Of a stretch of 64,000 bases of DNA, positions 9,876-18,361 are shown in pieces. Position 1 is the first letter of the stretch, and the number at the start of each line of letters is the position of its first letter. Where the stretch lies: assembly GCA_022711665.1 (NCBI GenBank), contig JAKLEN010000004.1:528-64527 (forward strand), written 5' to 3'. Below the pieces are notes generated by a model that did no database searches, was not told the DNA's origin, and was given only the letters and a program-made list of their open reading frames with translations. The DNA comes from Acidobacteriota bacterium (GTDB taxonomy: Bacteria > Acidobacteriota > Aminicenantia > Aminicenantales > Saccharicenantaceae). The translations under genes were made by a program, and so were the position numbers.

Positions 9876-10571
9876 ATGAGCAATTTATTGAGGACCTTCG
9901 AGAACGAGGTCCAGCTTGCGGCCCTGGCCTTCATGGGCTTGGTCTATGCCCTCCGCCTTGTCTGGATCTTCCGGTTCAGGGTCGGCAGGGAACGGACCGT
10001 GGCCGTCGGTCGGGAGGGCGCAGGGACCGGCTATTCCCTGATGAATATCGCCATGCCCTGGGCCATGGAGTCGACGCGGACGCATCCCGGCCGCTACCTC
10101 GAATTCGTGGTCCTGCACCTGGGGATCGCGGCAGCCATCGCCGCGTCCTTCATCATCCCCTATGGCCCCGGCCTGTTCGAGACGGCCTGGGTCCGCGGGA
10201 TCTTCCGGGCGTTCATCGCGGCGGCGGGTCTGGCCGGCCTGGCGCGCCTGGCCCGGCGCTTGACCAACCCGGTGCTGCGCGAGATCAGCTCGCCAGACGA
10301 CTATTTCTCCCTGGTCTTCCTCATCGTCTGGCTCGCGGCCGGCGTCCTGGCCTTGCCCGATCGGCCCGCGGCCGGAGAAGGGCCGCTCCTCGCCTTCTTC
10401 GGGCTGACGGCGTTCCTGCTCGTCTACGTTCCCTTTTCCAAGATCGGCCATTACCTCTATTATCCGTTCAGCCGGATCTATCTCGGCCGAACGCTCGGCC
10501 ACCGCGGCGCCTGGCCGCCGGCCGCGGCGAAGTCCGCCGGCGCCGGCCCGGCGCGGAAGGGTGCCGCATGA
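9876..10571 (+). CDS. NarI/DsrM/HdrE-like polytopic membrane protein (putative di-haem cytochrome b quinol-interacting subunit)
   Basis: About 5 predicted TM helices with His residues in helices (THPGRY, VLHLGI, GHYLYY). Length ~230 aa typical of the NarI-gamma family. Stop overlaps the start of the HdrD-like gene (ATGA). Confidence 0.55.
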   Translation: MSNLLRTFENEVQLAALAFMGLVYALRLVWIFRFRVGRERTVAVGREGAGTGYSLMNIAMPWAMESTRTHPGRYLEFVVLHLGIAAAIAASFIIPYGPGLFETAWVRGIFRAFIAAAGLAGLARLARRLTNPVLREISSPDDYFSLVFLIVWLAAGVLALPDRPAAGEGPLLAFFGLTAFLLVYVPFSKIGHYLYYPFSRIYLGRTLGHRGAWPPAAAKSAGAGPARKGAA

Positions 10572-11986
10572 GCCGCCGGACAAAGTCCCCCTCGGGCGTC
10601 ATCGACGCCCCGCTTGACGTCGCGGCCCAGGCCAAGGCCAGGGAGGAAGGACGACCCTCGGTCCGGGACGGCCGGCTCAAGACCTACGAGCCCGGAGCGA
10701 ACGTCGGACGTTTCCTGGAGCTTCTCGGCCGCCGCGTTTCCCGGCCCCTGGCTGTCTCCCTGACGGCCTGCGTCCACTGCGGCCGCTGCGCCGAATCGTG
10801 CCACTATTTCCTGGCCAGGCCCGACGACCCGACCATGACCCCGGTCTGGAAGGCCGACCAGATCCGCAAGATCTTCAAACGCCACGTAGATTGGACGGGC
10901 CGGGTCGCCCCCTGGTGGGCCAAGGCCGGAACGCCGGACGGCGACGAGGACCTCAACCGCCTGAAGAACGTCGTCTTCGGGGCCTGCAGCGCCTGCCGCC
11001 GCTGCACCTTCAACTGCCCCATGGGCGTCGATACGGCCCTGCTGGTGCGCTTCACCCGCGGCCTGCTCACGGAGCTGGGCATCGTCCCCGAGGGCGTCTT
11101 CAACGTCAGCCGCGACCAGTGGGAGACGGGCAACCAGATGGCGGTGACGGAAACCGACTTCCTGGAGACGATCGAGTGGATGCGGGACGATCTCCGGGCC
11201 GAGCTCGGCCCCGGCGCCGACATCCCGGTCGACCGCCCGGACTGCGATATCCTCTACACCATCAATCCCCGGGAGATCAAGTTCGACCCGCGCTCGATCG
11301 CCCATGCCGCCCGGATATTCCACGCCGCAGGAGCTTCCTGGACCCTGCCGAAATGGGGCTGGGACCAGACCAACTTCGGGCTCTTCTCGGGAGATGACGC
11401 CCTCGGGGCCTACGTTTCCCGGAACCTCTACGAGGCGGCCGAGCGGCTGCGGGCCCGGCGCATCGTCATCTCCGAGTGCGGCCACGGCTACCGCTCGACC
11501 CGCTGGGAAGGCTACACCTGGTCCGGGTACGATCAGAAGCTGCCGACGGAGTCCATCGTGGCCGTCCTCCGGCGCTACCTCGAGGAGGGCCGGATCGTGG
11601 TCGACCCGGGCCGGAACCTGGAGCCGGTGACCTTCCACGACTCCTGCAACATCGCCCGCTCCGGCGACCTGGTCGAGGAGCCGCGCCAGGTCCTGCGCCG
11701 CGTCTGCGCGGATTTCCGGGAGATGCATCCCAACCGCCAGGAGAACTTCTGCTGCACCGGCGGCGGCGGGCTGCTGGCGATGGCCGAATACCGGCCGCTG
11801 CGGCTGGAGGCGGGGAAGGTCAAGGCCGAGCAGCTCAAGGCGACGGAGGCCGCGCTGGTGTGCACGATGTGCCACAACTGCATCGACGGCCTCGGCGACG
11901 TCATCAAGCATTACCATCTGCCCATGCGGGTCGTCCAGGTCCTGGAGCTCGTCTCCAGGGCGCTGGTCCTGCCCGCCGGATCCTGA
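10568..11986 (+). CDS. HdrD/DsrK-like iron-sulfur protein with cysteine-rich CCG domain
   Basis: Two ferredoxin-type clusters (CVHCGRCAESC, CSACRRCTFNCP). C-terminal CCG-domain cysteines (HDSCN…FCCTGGGG…CTMCHNC). Confidence 0.7.
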   Translation: MSRRTKSPSGVIDAPLDVAAQAKAREEGRPSVRDGRLKTYEPGANVGRFLELLGRRVSRPLAVSLTACVHCGRCAESCHYFLARPDDPTMTPVWKADQIRKIFKRHVDWTGRVAPWWAKAGTPDGDEDLNRLKNVVFGACSACRRCTFNCPMGVDTALLVRFTRGLLTELGIVPEGVFNVSRDQWETGNQMAVTETDFLETIEWMRDDLRAELGPGADIPVDRPDCDILYTINPREIKFDPRSIAHAARIFHAAGASWTLPKWGWDQTNFGLFSGDDALGAYVSRNLYEAAERLRARRIVISECGHGYRSTRWEGYTWSGYDQKLPTESIVAVLRRYLEEGRIVVDPGRNLEPVTFHDSCNIARSGDLVEEPRQVLRRVCADFREMHPNRQENFCCTGGGGLLAMAEYRPLRLEAGKVKAEQLKATEAALVCTMCHNCIDGLGDVIKHYHLPMRVVQVLELVSRALVLPAGS

Positions 11987-12002
11987 TAAGGAAGAGAACG
12001 CC

Positions 12003-12323
12003 ATGCCCATCATCGAAAGCGAAGGACTGCGGATCGAAGTCAACGAAGAGGGCTTCCTGGCCCATCCCGAGGAGTGGACCGAGGAGATGGCCAAGGTCCT
12101 GGCCAAGGCCGAGGAAGGGTTGGACGAGCTGACGCCCGAGCACTGGGCCGTGGTCCGGTTCATCCGCGGCTATTACGCGGAAAAGAGCTTGGCGCCCATG
12201 GTGCGCAAGATGTGCCAGGCCACGGGCTTCCCGCTGATGAAGATCTACGACCTCTTCCCGTCGGGTCCGGCCAAGGGCGCCTGCAAAGTCGCCGGTCTGC
12301 CCAAGCCCGACGGCTGCGTTTGA
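12003..12323 (+). CDS. dsrC: DsrC/TusE-family sulfur-carrier protein with both conserved C-terminal cysteines
   Basis: C-terminus …GACKVAGLPKPDGCV matches the DsrC arm (Cys at -12 and -2). Typical length 106 aa. RBS AAGGAAGAG. Confidence 0.8.
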   Translation: MPIIESEGLRIEVNEEGFLAHPEEWTEEMAKVLAKAEEGLDELTPEHWAVVRFIRGYYAEKSLAPMVRKMCQATGFPLMKIYDLFPSGPAKGACKVAGLPKPDGCV

Positions 12324-12336
12324 GGCGCCCCGGCGC

Positions 12337-13503
12337 CTAACGCTTCCGGGCCGGCAGGGCGGCGATCTTTTCGACGGCCTGGACGGCCGCCCGGACGTGG
12401 TCTTCCGTGTTGAACGGCCCGATCCCGAAACGGACGGCGCCGTGGATCTTGTCCGTCCCCAGCTGCTCGTGCACGCGCGGGGCGCAGTGCAGGCCGGTCC
12501 GGCAGGCGATGCCGAAATCCACGTCCAGCATGGTGCCCACGTCCGCCGCGTCCATTCCCTCGATGTTGAAGGCCAGGACGGCGATGTGGTTCTCGAGGCT
12601 GTCCTGGCAGTAGAGCCGGACCCGGGGGATGGCCTTCAGGCCGTCGAGCAGCAGGCCGGCCAGGCGCATCTCTTGGGCATGGATGTTCTCCAGGCCCTGG
12701 CCCTTGATCCAGGTCAGGCCGGCCTTCAGCCCGGCGATGCCCATGATGTTGGGCGTGCCGTATTCGAGGCGGTAGGGGTATTCGTCGAGATGGGGCCGGA
12801 CGGCCGAACGGACGCCAGTGCCGCCGGCCCGGGTGTGCCGGATCTCGACGCCCTCGCGGACGCACAGGCCGCCGATGCCCATGGGCCCGAGCAGGGACTT
12901 GTGGCCGGTGAAGGCCACGACGTCTAGGTTCTGGGCTTCCATGTCGATCGGGACCTTGCCGGCGGACTGCGAGGCGTCGATGGCGAAGGGGATGCCGGCC
13001 TCGCGGCAGAGCCGGCCGATCTCGGCGATGGGCTGGACGGTGCCGATGACGTTCGAGGCGTGGTTGACGATGACCAGCCGGGTGTTGGGGCGGAAGCGCT
13101 TCCGGATCTCGGCCGGGTCGACGAAGCCGCCGCCGTCGAAGGGCACGTGCTCGACCTCGACGCCCTGCCGGGAGAGGTGGTAGAGCGGCCTGAGGACGGA
13201 GTTGTGCTCGATCGTCGTCGTGATGGCGTGGTCGCCGGAGCGCAGCATGCCGAAGATGATGAGGTTCAGGGCGTCGGTCGAGTTATAGCCGAAACACAGG
13301 CGGTTGGGGTCGCTGCCGTGGAAGAACTCGGTCAGCATCTTCCGCGTTTCTTCCACGACCAGGCCGGCTTCCAGGCACAGGTCGTAGCCGGAGCGCCCGG
13401 GGTTGACGCCGTAGCTGCGATAGAATTGGTCCATGTAGCGGTAGACTTCTTCGGGCTTAGGGAAGCTGGTGGCGCCGTTGTCGAGGAATATCAGCTGATT
13501 CAA
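12337..13503 (-). CDS. Group-II cysteine desulfurase (SufS/CsdA-like aminotransferase class V)
   Basis: PLP lysine FTGHKSLLGP. Active-site loop CRTGLHCAP (RxGHHCA-type). Confidence 0.85.
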   Translation of the reverse strand: MNQLIFLDNGATSFPKPEEVYRYMDQFYRSYGVNPGRSGYDLCLEAGLVVEETRKMLTEFFHGSDPNRLCFGYNSTDALNLIIFGMLRSGDHAITTTIEHNSVLRPLYHLSRQGVEVEHVPFDGGGFVDPAEIRKRFRPNTRLVIVNHASNVIGTVQPIAEIGRLCREAGIPFAIDASQSAGKVPIDMEAQNLDVVAFTGHKSLLGPMGIGGLCVREGVEIRHTRAGGTGVRSAVRPHLDEYPYRLEYGTPNIMGIAGLKAGLTWIKGQGLENIHAQEMRLAGLLLDGLKAIPRVRLYCQDSLENHIAVLAFNIEGMDAADVGTMLDVDFGIACRTGLHCAPRVHEQLGTDKIHGAVRFGIGPFNTEDHVRAAVQAVEKIAALPARKR

Positions 13504-13621
13504 GGGATCTCTCCGATCGAGATTCCCCGGGCCGTAGGCCGGGAGGAGGTATCTTAATCGCTTGACGGGGGAATTGCAACCGGCTCGGCGGATTGGTTAG
13601 AATGGCGGGGAAGGAACGCGC

Positions 13622-14149
13622 GTGATCTATTTCCTAGGCCTGGGCAGCAACCTCGGCCGGCGCGCCTCGAACCTGGCCCGGGCCCGGATGCGGCTGGAGC
13701 GGGCCGGCGTGGCCGTCCTGCGCGCCTCGTCCGTCTACGAGACCGAGCCGGTCGATTACGCCGACCAGCCCTGGTTCCTCAACCAGGTCCTCGAAGTCCG
13801 GTCGGGGCTCGCCCCGGCCGAGCTCCTGCGGCTGGCTAAATCCATCGAGGCCGCCCTGAAGCGCGCCCCGGCGGCGCCCAAGGGGCCGCGGACCATCGAT
13901 ATCGATATCCTCCTCGCGGAGGACCTGGTCATCGAGAGCCCCGGGCTCGTCGTGCCGCACCCCCGGCTCCACCTGCGGAACTTCGTCCTGCGGCCGCTGG
14001 CCGAGCTGGCCCCGGATGTCCGGCATCCCGTCCTGGGACGGACGGCGGGGGAGCTGCTCGGGGCTTCGGCCGACGCCGGCCGGGTCCTGCCGGCCGGGGG
14101 CGGGCGATTCCGGGGTTTCCGCAGGCGGCGGCCGTCCGGACAGACGTAA
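13622..14149 (+). CDS. folK: 2-amino-4-hydroxy-6-hydroxymethyldihydropteridine pyrophosphokinase (HPPK)
   Basis: GTG start. HPPK motifs LGLGSNLG, GPRTIDIDILL, VPHPR, FVLRPL. Confidence 0.8.
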   Translation: MIYFLGLGSNLGRRASNLARARMRLERAGVAVLRASSVYETEPVDYADQPWFLNQVLEVRSGLAPAELLRLAKSIEAALKRAPAAPKGPRTIDIDILLAEDLVIESPGLVVPHPRLHLRNFVLRPLAELAPDVRHPVLGRTAGELLGASADAGRVLPAGGGRFRGFRRRRPSGQT

Positions 14150-14170
14150 AGCGCTAAAAGGGAGGAGCTT

Positions 14171-16390
14171 ATGCGGTCGTTGCGGTCCCTTGTCATGCCC
14201 GTCTTCCTGCTCATCTCCGTCGCCACCGCTTCGTTCGCCGCCGAGGTCGCCGGCCGCGTCGTCGGGGCGGCCGGCAATCCGGTCGCCGCAGCCGTGGTCC
14301 TGCACCGGGCCAGCGGCGCAAAGGCCGAAACGGATGCCGACGGCCGTTTCGCCCTTGACATCGCGGCCGCCGGGAGGGTCGTCGTCGAAGTCGTCCATGC
14401 CGATTACTATGACCGCGAATTCGAGATCGGGGCCCGGGAACGGGCCCGGCCGGTAGTTCTGGCCCTCGTGCCGCTCGTCCGTCAGAGCGAGGAAGTCGTG
14501 GTCACGGCCCTCCGCTATCCCGAGCTGGCCATCCAGGTCCCCGCGGCCAGCGCCGTGGTGTCTGGAGAAAGCCTGGCCGCGGACATGCCGCCAAACGTCA
14601 ACGACGGCCTGCGGAACGTCCCCGGCGTCGGGTCCATCGGCTCGGCCGGGTTCGCGCTCGTGCCGTCGGTGCGCGGCCTGGCCCGGCGGCGGGTGCTCTA
14701 CCTTGTCGACGGCGCCCGGCTGGAGAGCGACCGCCGCACCGGTCCCAACGCCTCGTTCGTCAGCCCCTGGGACATCGACCGCGTCGAGGTCCTGAGGAGC
14801 GCCTCGTCCGTCTTCTACGGCTCGGACGCGATCGGCGGGGTCATCCACATCCTGACCCGCAAGCCCGGGTTCGTGCCCGGCCTTCACGGCCGCTTCCAGG
14901 CCGGACTGGGCAGCGTCAACGGCGAGAAGCGGGTCGGCCTGGGTCTCGAGGGCGCGGCCGGGACCTGGGCCTTCGCCCTGTCCTTCCAGCACGACGAAGC
15001 GGGGCTCTACCGGGCCCCCGGCGGAACCAAGATCCTGCAGTCGCAATACGCCCAGGGCAGCCTCCTGGCCAAGGTCGCCCACCGGACGGAGCGGCGAGAG
15101 ATCGAGATCGGGCTCCTGGCCGCCCGGGGCACGGACATCGGCAAGCCGAGCGCCTCGGCGGCCGTCAAGCCGACCTGGTATCCGCGGGAGAACCAGAACC
15201 TCGTCCAGGTCGACTGGAAGGAAAAGGACCTCGGCCGGGACGGGGAGCTGCGCCTACACGCATTCGTCAATCCCAATTTTCTCGAGACCCTGACCGACGC
15301 CTACGACGGCTACCTGACCAAGGAATCCTTCGCCAAGACCGACAGCACGGAATACGGGGCCCAGGCCTCCTATTCGAAAAAGATCAACCGGTCCTTCCGG
15401 CTGGAGGGCGGCTTGGACTACTTCGGCCGGGCCGCGGCCCACGCCTACAATTCCTATACCTCCTACGACGAGACCGGGGCCGTGACCGGCGTCCAGGAGG
15501 AGTATCCTTACGCCAGCGCCTCCCGGGGCGATATCGGGTTTTTCCTTTCGGCGGACTATTCCGGCATCCGGCGGCTGGACATCCTGGGCGGCGTCCGCTA
15601 CGACGTCCTGCGCATGAAGGCCAGGCCCGCCGGCGATGGTTCCATCCCGGAGGCGGGAACGATCCTGACCAAGGACGATCAGCCGACCGGCTTCCTGGGC
15701 GTCTCCTATAAGCTTTCGAAGGGGCTGACGGCCTTCGTCAACGCGGCCCGGGCCTACCGGCTGGCCAGCATCAACGAGCGCTTCTACACGGGCATCAGCG
15801 GCCGCGGCTACATCATCGGACAGCCGGACCTGAAGCCCGAGAGCAGCTTCAACCTCGACGGCGGGCTCCGTTTCTTAGGCCGGCGGTTCTTCGTCGGCCT
15901 CTACGCTTTCCGTTATCGCATCGACGACATGATCGAGCGCTACCGGATCGACGCCACGACCTACACCTACGGCAATATCGAGCGCGGGCTCATCCGTGGG
16001 ATCGAGCTCGAGGCCGAGGCCTGCCTCGCCACAGGCTGGAGAATCACCGGGGGCGTGGCCGCGCTCCGGGGCCGCAGCCTGGCCACCGACGAGCCCCTCA
16101 ACGACGTTCCGCCGCTCCGCTTCCTGGCCGGGACGGAATATTGGCGGGGGCGCTTCTCGCTCGGGCTCGAGGCGGCCTTCAGCCCGGCCAAGGACGATCC
16201 CGGCCCGGCCGAGATCGCCGTCGGCTCCGCCGCGCTCGTCGATCTCCGGGCGGCCTATGTCTGGCGGCAGATCCGTGTCTCGGCCACCGTGGCCAACCTG
16301 TTCAACGCCTCCTACATCGCCCGGGCCGACAGCGACGCCCAGATCGAGCCGGGCCGCAACCTGCGGATCGGGATCGGCTACGCCTTCTAA
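14171..16390 (+). CDS. TonB-dependent outer-membrane receptor with N-terminal carboxypeptidase-regulatory-like domain
   Basis: RBS GGGAGGAG. Signal peptide. Plug-domain motifs. C-terminal …NLRIGIGYAF ending in Phe. Confidence 0.85.
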   Translation: MRSLRSLVMPVFLLISVATASFAAEVAGRVVGAAGNPVAAAVVLHRASGAKAETDADGRFALDIAAAGRVVVEVVHADYYDREFEIGARERARPVVLALVPLVRQSEEVVVTALRYPELAIQVPAASAVVSGESLAADMPPNVNDGLRNVPGVGSIGSAGFALVPSVRGLARRRVLYLVDGARLESDRRTGPNASFVSPWDIDRVEVLRSASSVFYGSDAIGGVIHILTRKPGFVPGLHGRFQAGLGSVNGEKRVGLGLEGAAGTWAFALSFQHDEAGLYRAPGGTKILQSQYAQGSLLAKVAHRTERREIEIGLLAARGTDIGKPSASAAVKPTWYPRENQNLVQVDWKEKDLGRDGELRLHAFVNPNFLETLTDAYDGYLTKESFAKTDSTEYGAQASYSKKINRSFRLEGGLDYFGRAAAHAYNSYTSYDETGAVTGVQEEYPYASASRGDIGFFLSADYSGIRRLDILGGVRYDVLRMKARPAGDGSIPEAGTILTKDDQPTGFLGVSYKLSKGLTAFVNAARAYRLASINERFYTGISGRGYIIGQPDLKPESSFNLDGGLRFLGRRFFVGLYAFRYRIDDMIERYRIDATTYTYGNIERGLIRGIELEAEACLATGWRITGGVAALRGRSLATDEPLNDVPPLRFLAGTEYWRGRFSLGLEAAFSPAKDDPGPAEIAVGSAALVDLRAAYVWRQIRVSATVANLFNASYIARADSDAQIEPGRNLRIGIGYAF

Positions 16391-16791
16391 TCGCGGAACG
16401 CGTCGACGAAGTGCTCGAGCCGGAAGTCGTCCGGTCCGCGGAAGAGGATGGCGATGACGTCGAAGCGGCAATCGACGTCAGGGGCGGGATGGGTCATGAG
16501 GTAGCCCCGGGCGATGCGGCGGATCTGCCGCTGCTTGGCCGGGGTGACCGCTTCCTCGGGCCGGCCGTGGGACTCGTCGGCCCGGGCCTTGACCTCGACG
16601 AAGACCAGCGTGGCGCCCTCGCGGGCCACGATGTCGATCTCGCCGCGGAAGAGGCGGAAGCCGCGCTCCAGGATCTCGAAGCCCTGGCCCTGAAGATAGC
16701 GGCAGGCGATGTCTTCCCCGGAGCGGCCCAGGGCCAGGTTGCCGGGCTGTCCGGCCGGGGGATCCGCCGGCGAGGGGCGCTTCGGGCTCAG
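16387..16791 (-). CDS. YraN/UPF0102-family (restriction-endonuclease-like fold) protein; start codon uncertain (no in-frame ATG/GTG/TTG before the conserved N-terminal motif; CTG at 16791 is the only candidate)
   Basis: …GRSGEDIACRYLQGQGFEILERGFR…GEIDIVAREGATLVFVEVKAR… matches the YraN core. The ORF-track entry 16387..17619 is a GC-rich frame extension through cysS. Confidence 0.6.
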   Translation of the reverse strand: MSPKRPSPADPPAGQPGNLALGRSGEDIACRYLQGQGFEILERGFRLFRGEIDIVAREGATLVFVEVKARADESHGRPEEAVTPAKQRQIRRIARGYLMTHPAPDVDCRFDVIAILFRGPDDFRLEHFVDAFRD

Positions 16792-18242
16792 GGTTTTTGA
16801 GGGGCGACGCGTTTCCACCGGACGCCGTCCTTGGTGTCCTCGAGGATGATGCCCCGCTCCAGGAGCTCGCGGCGGATGGCGTCCGAGCGGGCAAAGTCCT
16901 TGGCCGCCCGGGCCCGCTGCCGCTCGTCGATGCGGGCCTGGTCCTCGGCCTTGAGGACCTCGGCGGTCCCCATGACCTCGCTCCGTGCGTCGATGCGGCC
17001 GGAGGCCTTGTGGGTCGGGGAGGGTTTGAAGCCGAGCACGGCGTCGGCCTCCTCGACGAACGCGGCCAGGACGTCCGCGCCCGCCCGCGAGACGCGCCCC
17101 TCGACGAGCAGGGGATTGACGGACTTGATCAGCGTGAACAGCGCGGCCAGGGCCTCGGCGATGTTGAGGTCGTCCTCCAGGCCGGCCACGAAACCGGCCC
17201 GGGCGGCCTCGACGAGCGGACCCACCGCCGCGTCTCCCGCGGCCCCGGCCGGGACGGCCCCGAGCTCGCCCAGGAAATCGCCGATCCGGCGGCGGGCCGT
17301 GACGGCCTGGTCCAGGGCCTCGAAGGTGAAGTTGAGCATCTTCCGGTAGTGGGTCGAGAGCAGGAGCACGCGGACGTCGAGCGGATCGTAGCCGCGCGCC
17401 AGGATATCGGCCAGCCGGTAGAAATTGCCCTTGGACTTGGCCATCTTCTGGCCGTCGACGACCAGGTGGTGGCAGTGGAGCCAGTAGTTGACGAACTTGA
17501 CCCCGTTGGCCGCCTCGGACTGGGCGATCTCGTTCTCGTGGTGGGGGAAGATGTTGTCGACCCCGCCGCAGTGGATGTCGAACGAGGGGCCGAGGTACTT
17601 GGCGCTCATGGCCGAGCACTCGATGTGCCAGCCTGGCCGGCCCGGGCCGATCTCGGTCTCCCAGACGGGTTCGTCGGCCTTGGGCGCCTTCCAGAGCGCG
17701 AAATCGTGGACGCTTTCCTTCTCGTATTCGTCGGCGTCGCCGCGGCTGCCCGGCCGGCGGTCCTCGAGATTGACCCGCGACAGACGGCCGTAGGCCGGGA
17801 ACCTGTCGATGGCGAAATAGATCGAGCCGTCCTTGCGGTAGGCGAAGCCCTTGTCCAACAGGGCCTTGACGATCCCGACCATCTCCGGGATGTGCCCGGT
17901 CGCCCGGGGGTAATGATCGGCCGGCCGGATGTTGAGGGCGTCCCGCTCGGCGAAGAAGGCTTCGATGTAGGGGCGGGTGTAGTCGTCGAGGCTGAGGCCG
18001 CGGGCCCGGGCCCCCTTGATCGTCTTGTCGTCGACGTCGGTGATGTTCTGGACGTGGACGACCTGGAAGCCGCGGTAGATCAGGAAGCGTTTGAGCAGGT
18101 CCTCGAAGACGTTGGCCCGCCAGTTGCCGATATGGGGGAAATCGTAGACCGTCGGGCCGCAGGCGTAGAGACGGACCCGGCCCGGCTCCATGGGGACGAA
18201 GTCCTCGGTCCGGCCGCCGAGGGTGTTGTGGAACCTGATCAT
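16788..18242 (-). CDS. cysS: Cysteine--tRNA ligase
   Basis: HIGN (HIGH) and KMAKS (KMSKS) motifs. Zn-binding Cys residues. Start taken at the ATG encoding MIRFHNTL (an alternative ATG lies 9 nt upstream). Confidence 0.9.
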   Translation of the reverse strand: MIRFHNTLGGRTEDFVPMEPGRVRLYACGPTVYDFPHIGNWRANVFEDLLKRFLIYRGFQVVHVQNITDVDDKTIKGARARGLSLDDYTRPYIEAFFAERDALNIRPADHYPRATGHIPEMVGIVKALLDKGFAYRKDGSIYFAIDRFPAYGRLSRVNLEDRRPGSRGDADEYEKESVHDFALWKAPKADEPVWETEIGPGRPGWHIECSAMSAKYLGPSFDIHCGGVDNIFPHHENEIAQSEAANGVKFVNYWLHCHHLVVDGQKMAKSKGNFYRLADILARGYDPLDVRVLLLSTHYRKMLNFTFEALDQAVTARRRIGDFLGELGAVPAGAAGDAAVGPLVEAARAGFVAGLEDDLNIAEALAALFTLIKSVNPLLVEGRVSRAGADVLAAFVEEADAVLGFKPSPTHKASGRIDARSEVMGTAEVLKAEDQARIDERQRARAAKDFARSDAIRRELLERGIILEDTKDGVRWKRVAPQKP

Positions 18243-18361
18243 CGGGCCCATCTTAACGGTTCGGCCGGGGCCCGTCAACCGCCGGTCGCGGGGTTGAACG
18301 TCCAATGTGATTGTGGCATAATGACTCCTCGTTATTATCTCGTTTTCCAAAGGCGATCATC

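Noticed and set aside
7677-16471. Antisense and frame-shifted long ORFs (7677..9704 -, 8195..9274 +, 10478..12163 -, 12245..12865 -, 13634..15082 -, 15875..16471 -)
   Set aside because: Same high-GC shadow-ORF pattern. The sense-strand partners carry unambiguous domain motifs (HisKA, CCG domain, PLP-Lys, TonB C-terminal Phe).
16387-17619. 410-aa minus-strand ORF
   Set aside because: Only the C-terminal ~130 aa (16387-16791) is YraN-like. The remainder is a Gly/Arg/Pro-rich frame running antisense through cysS.
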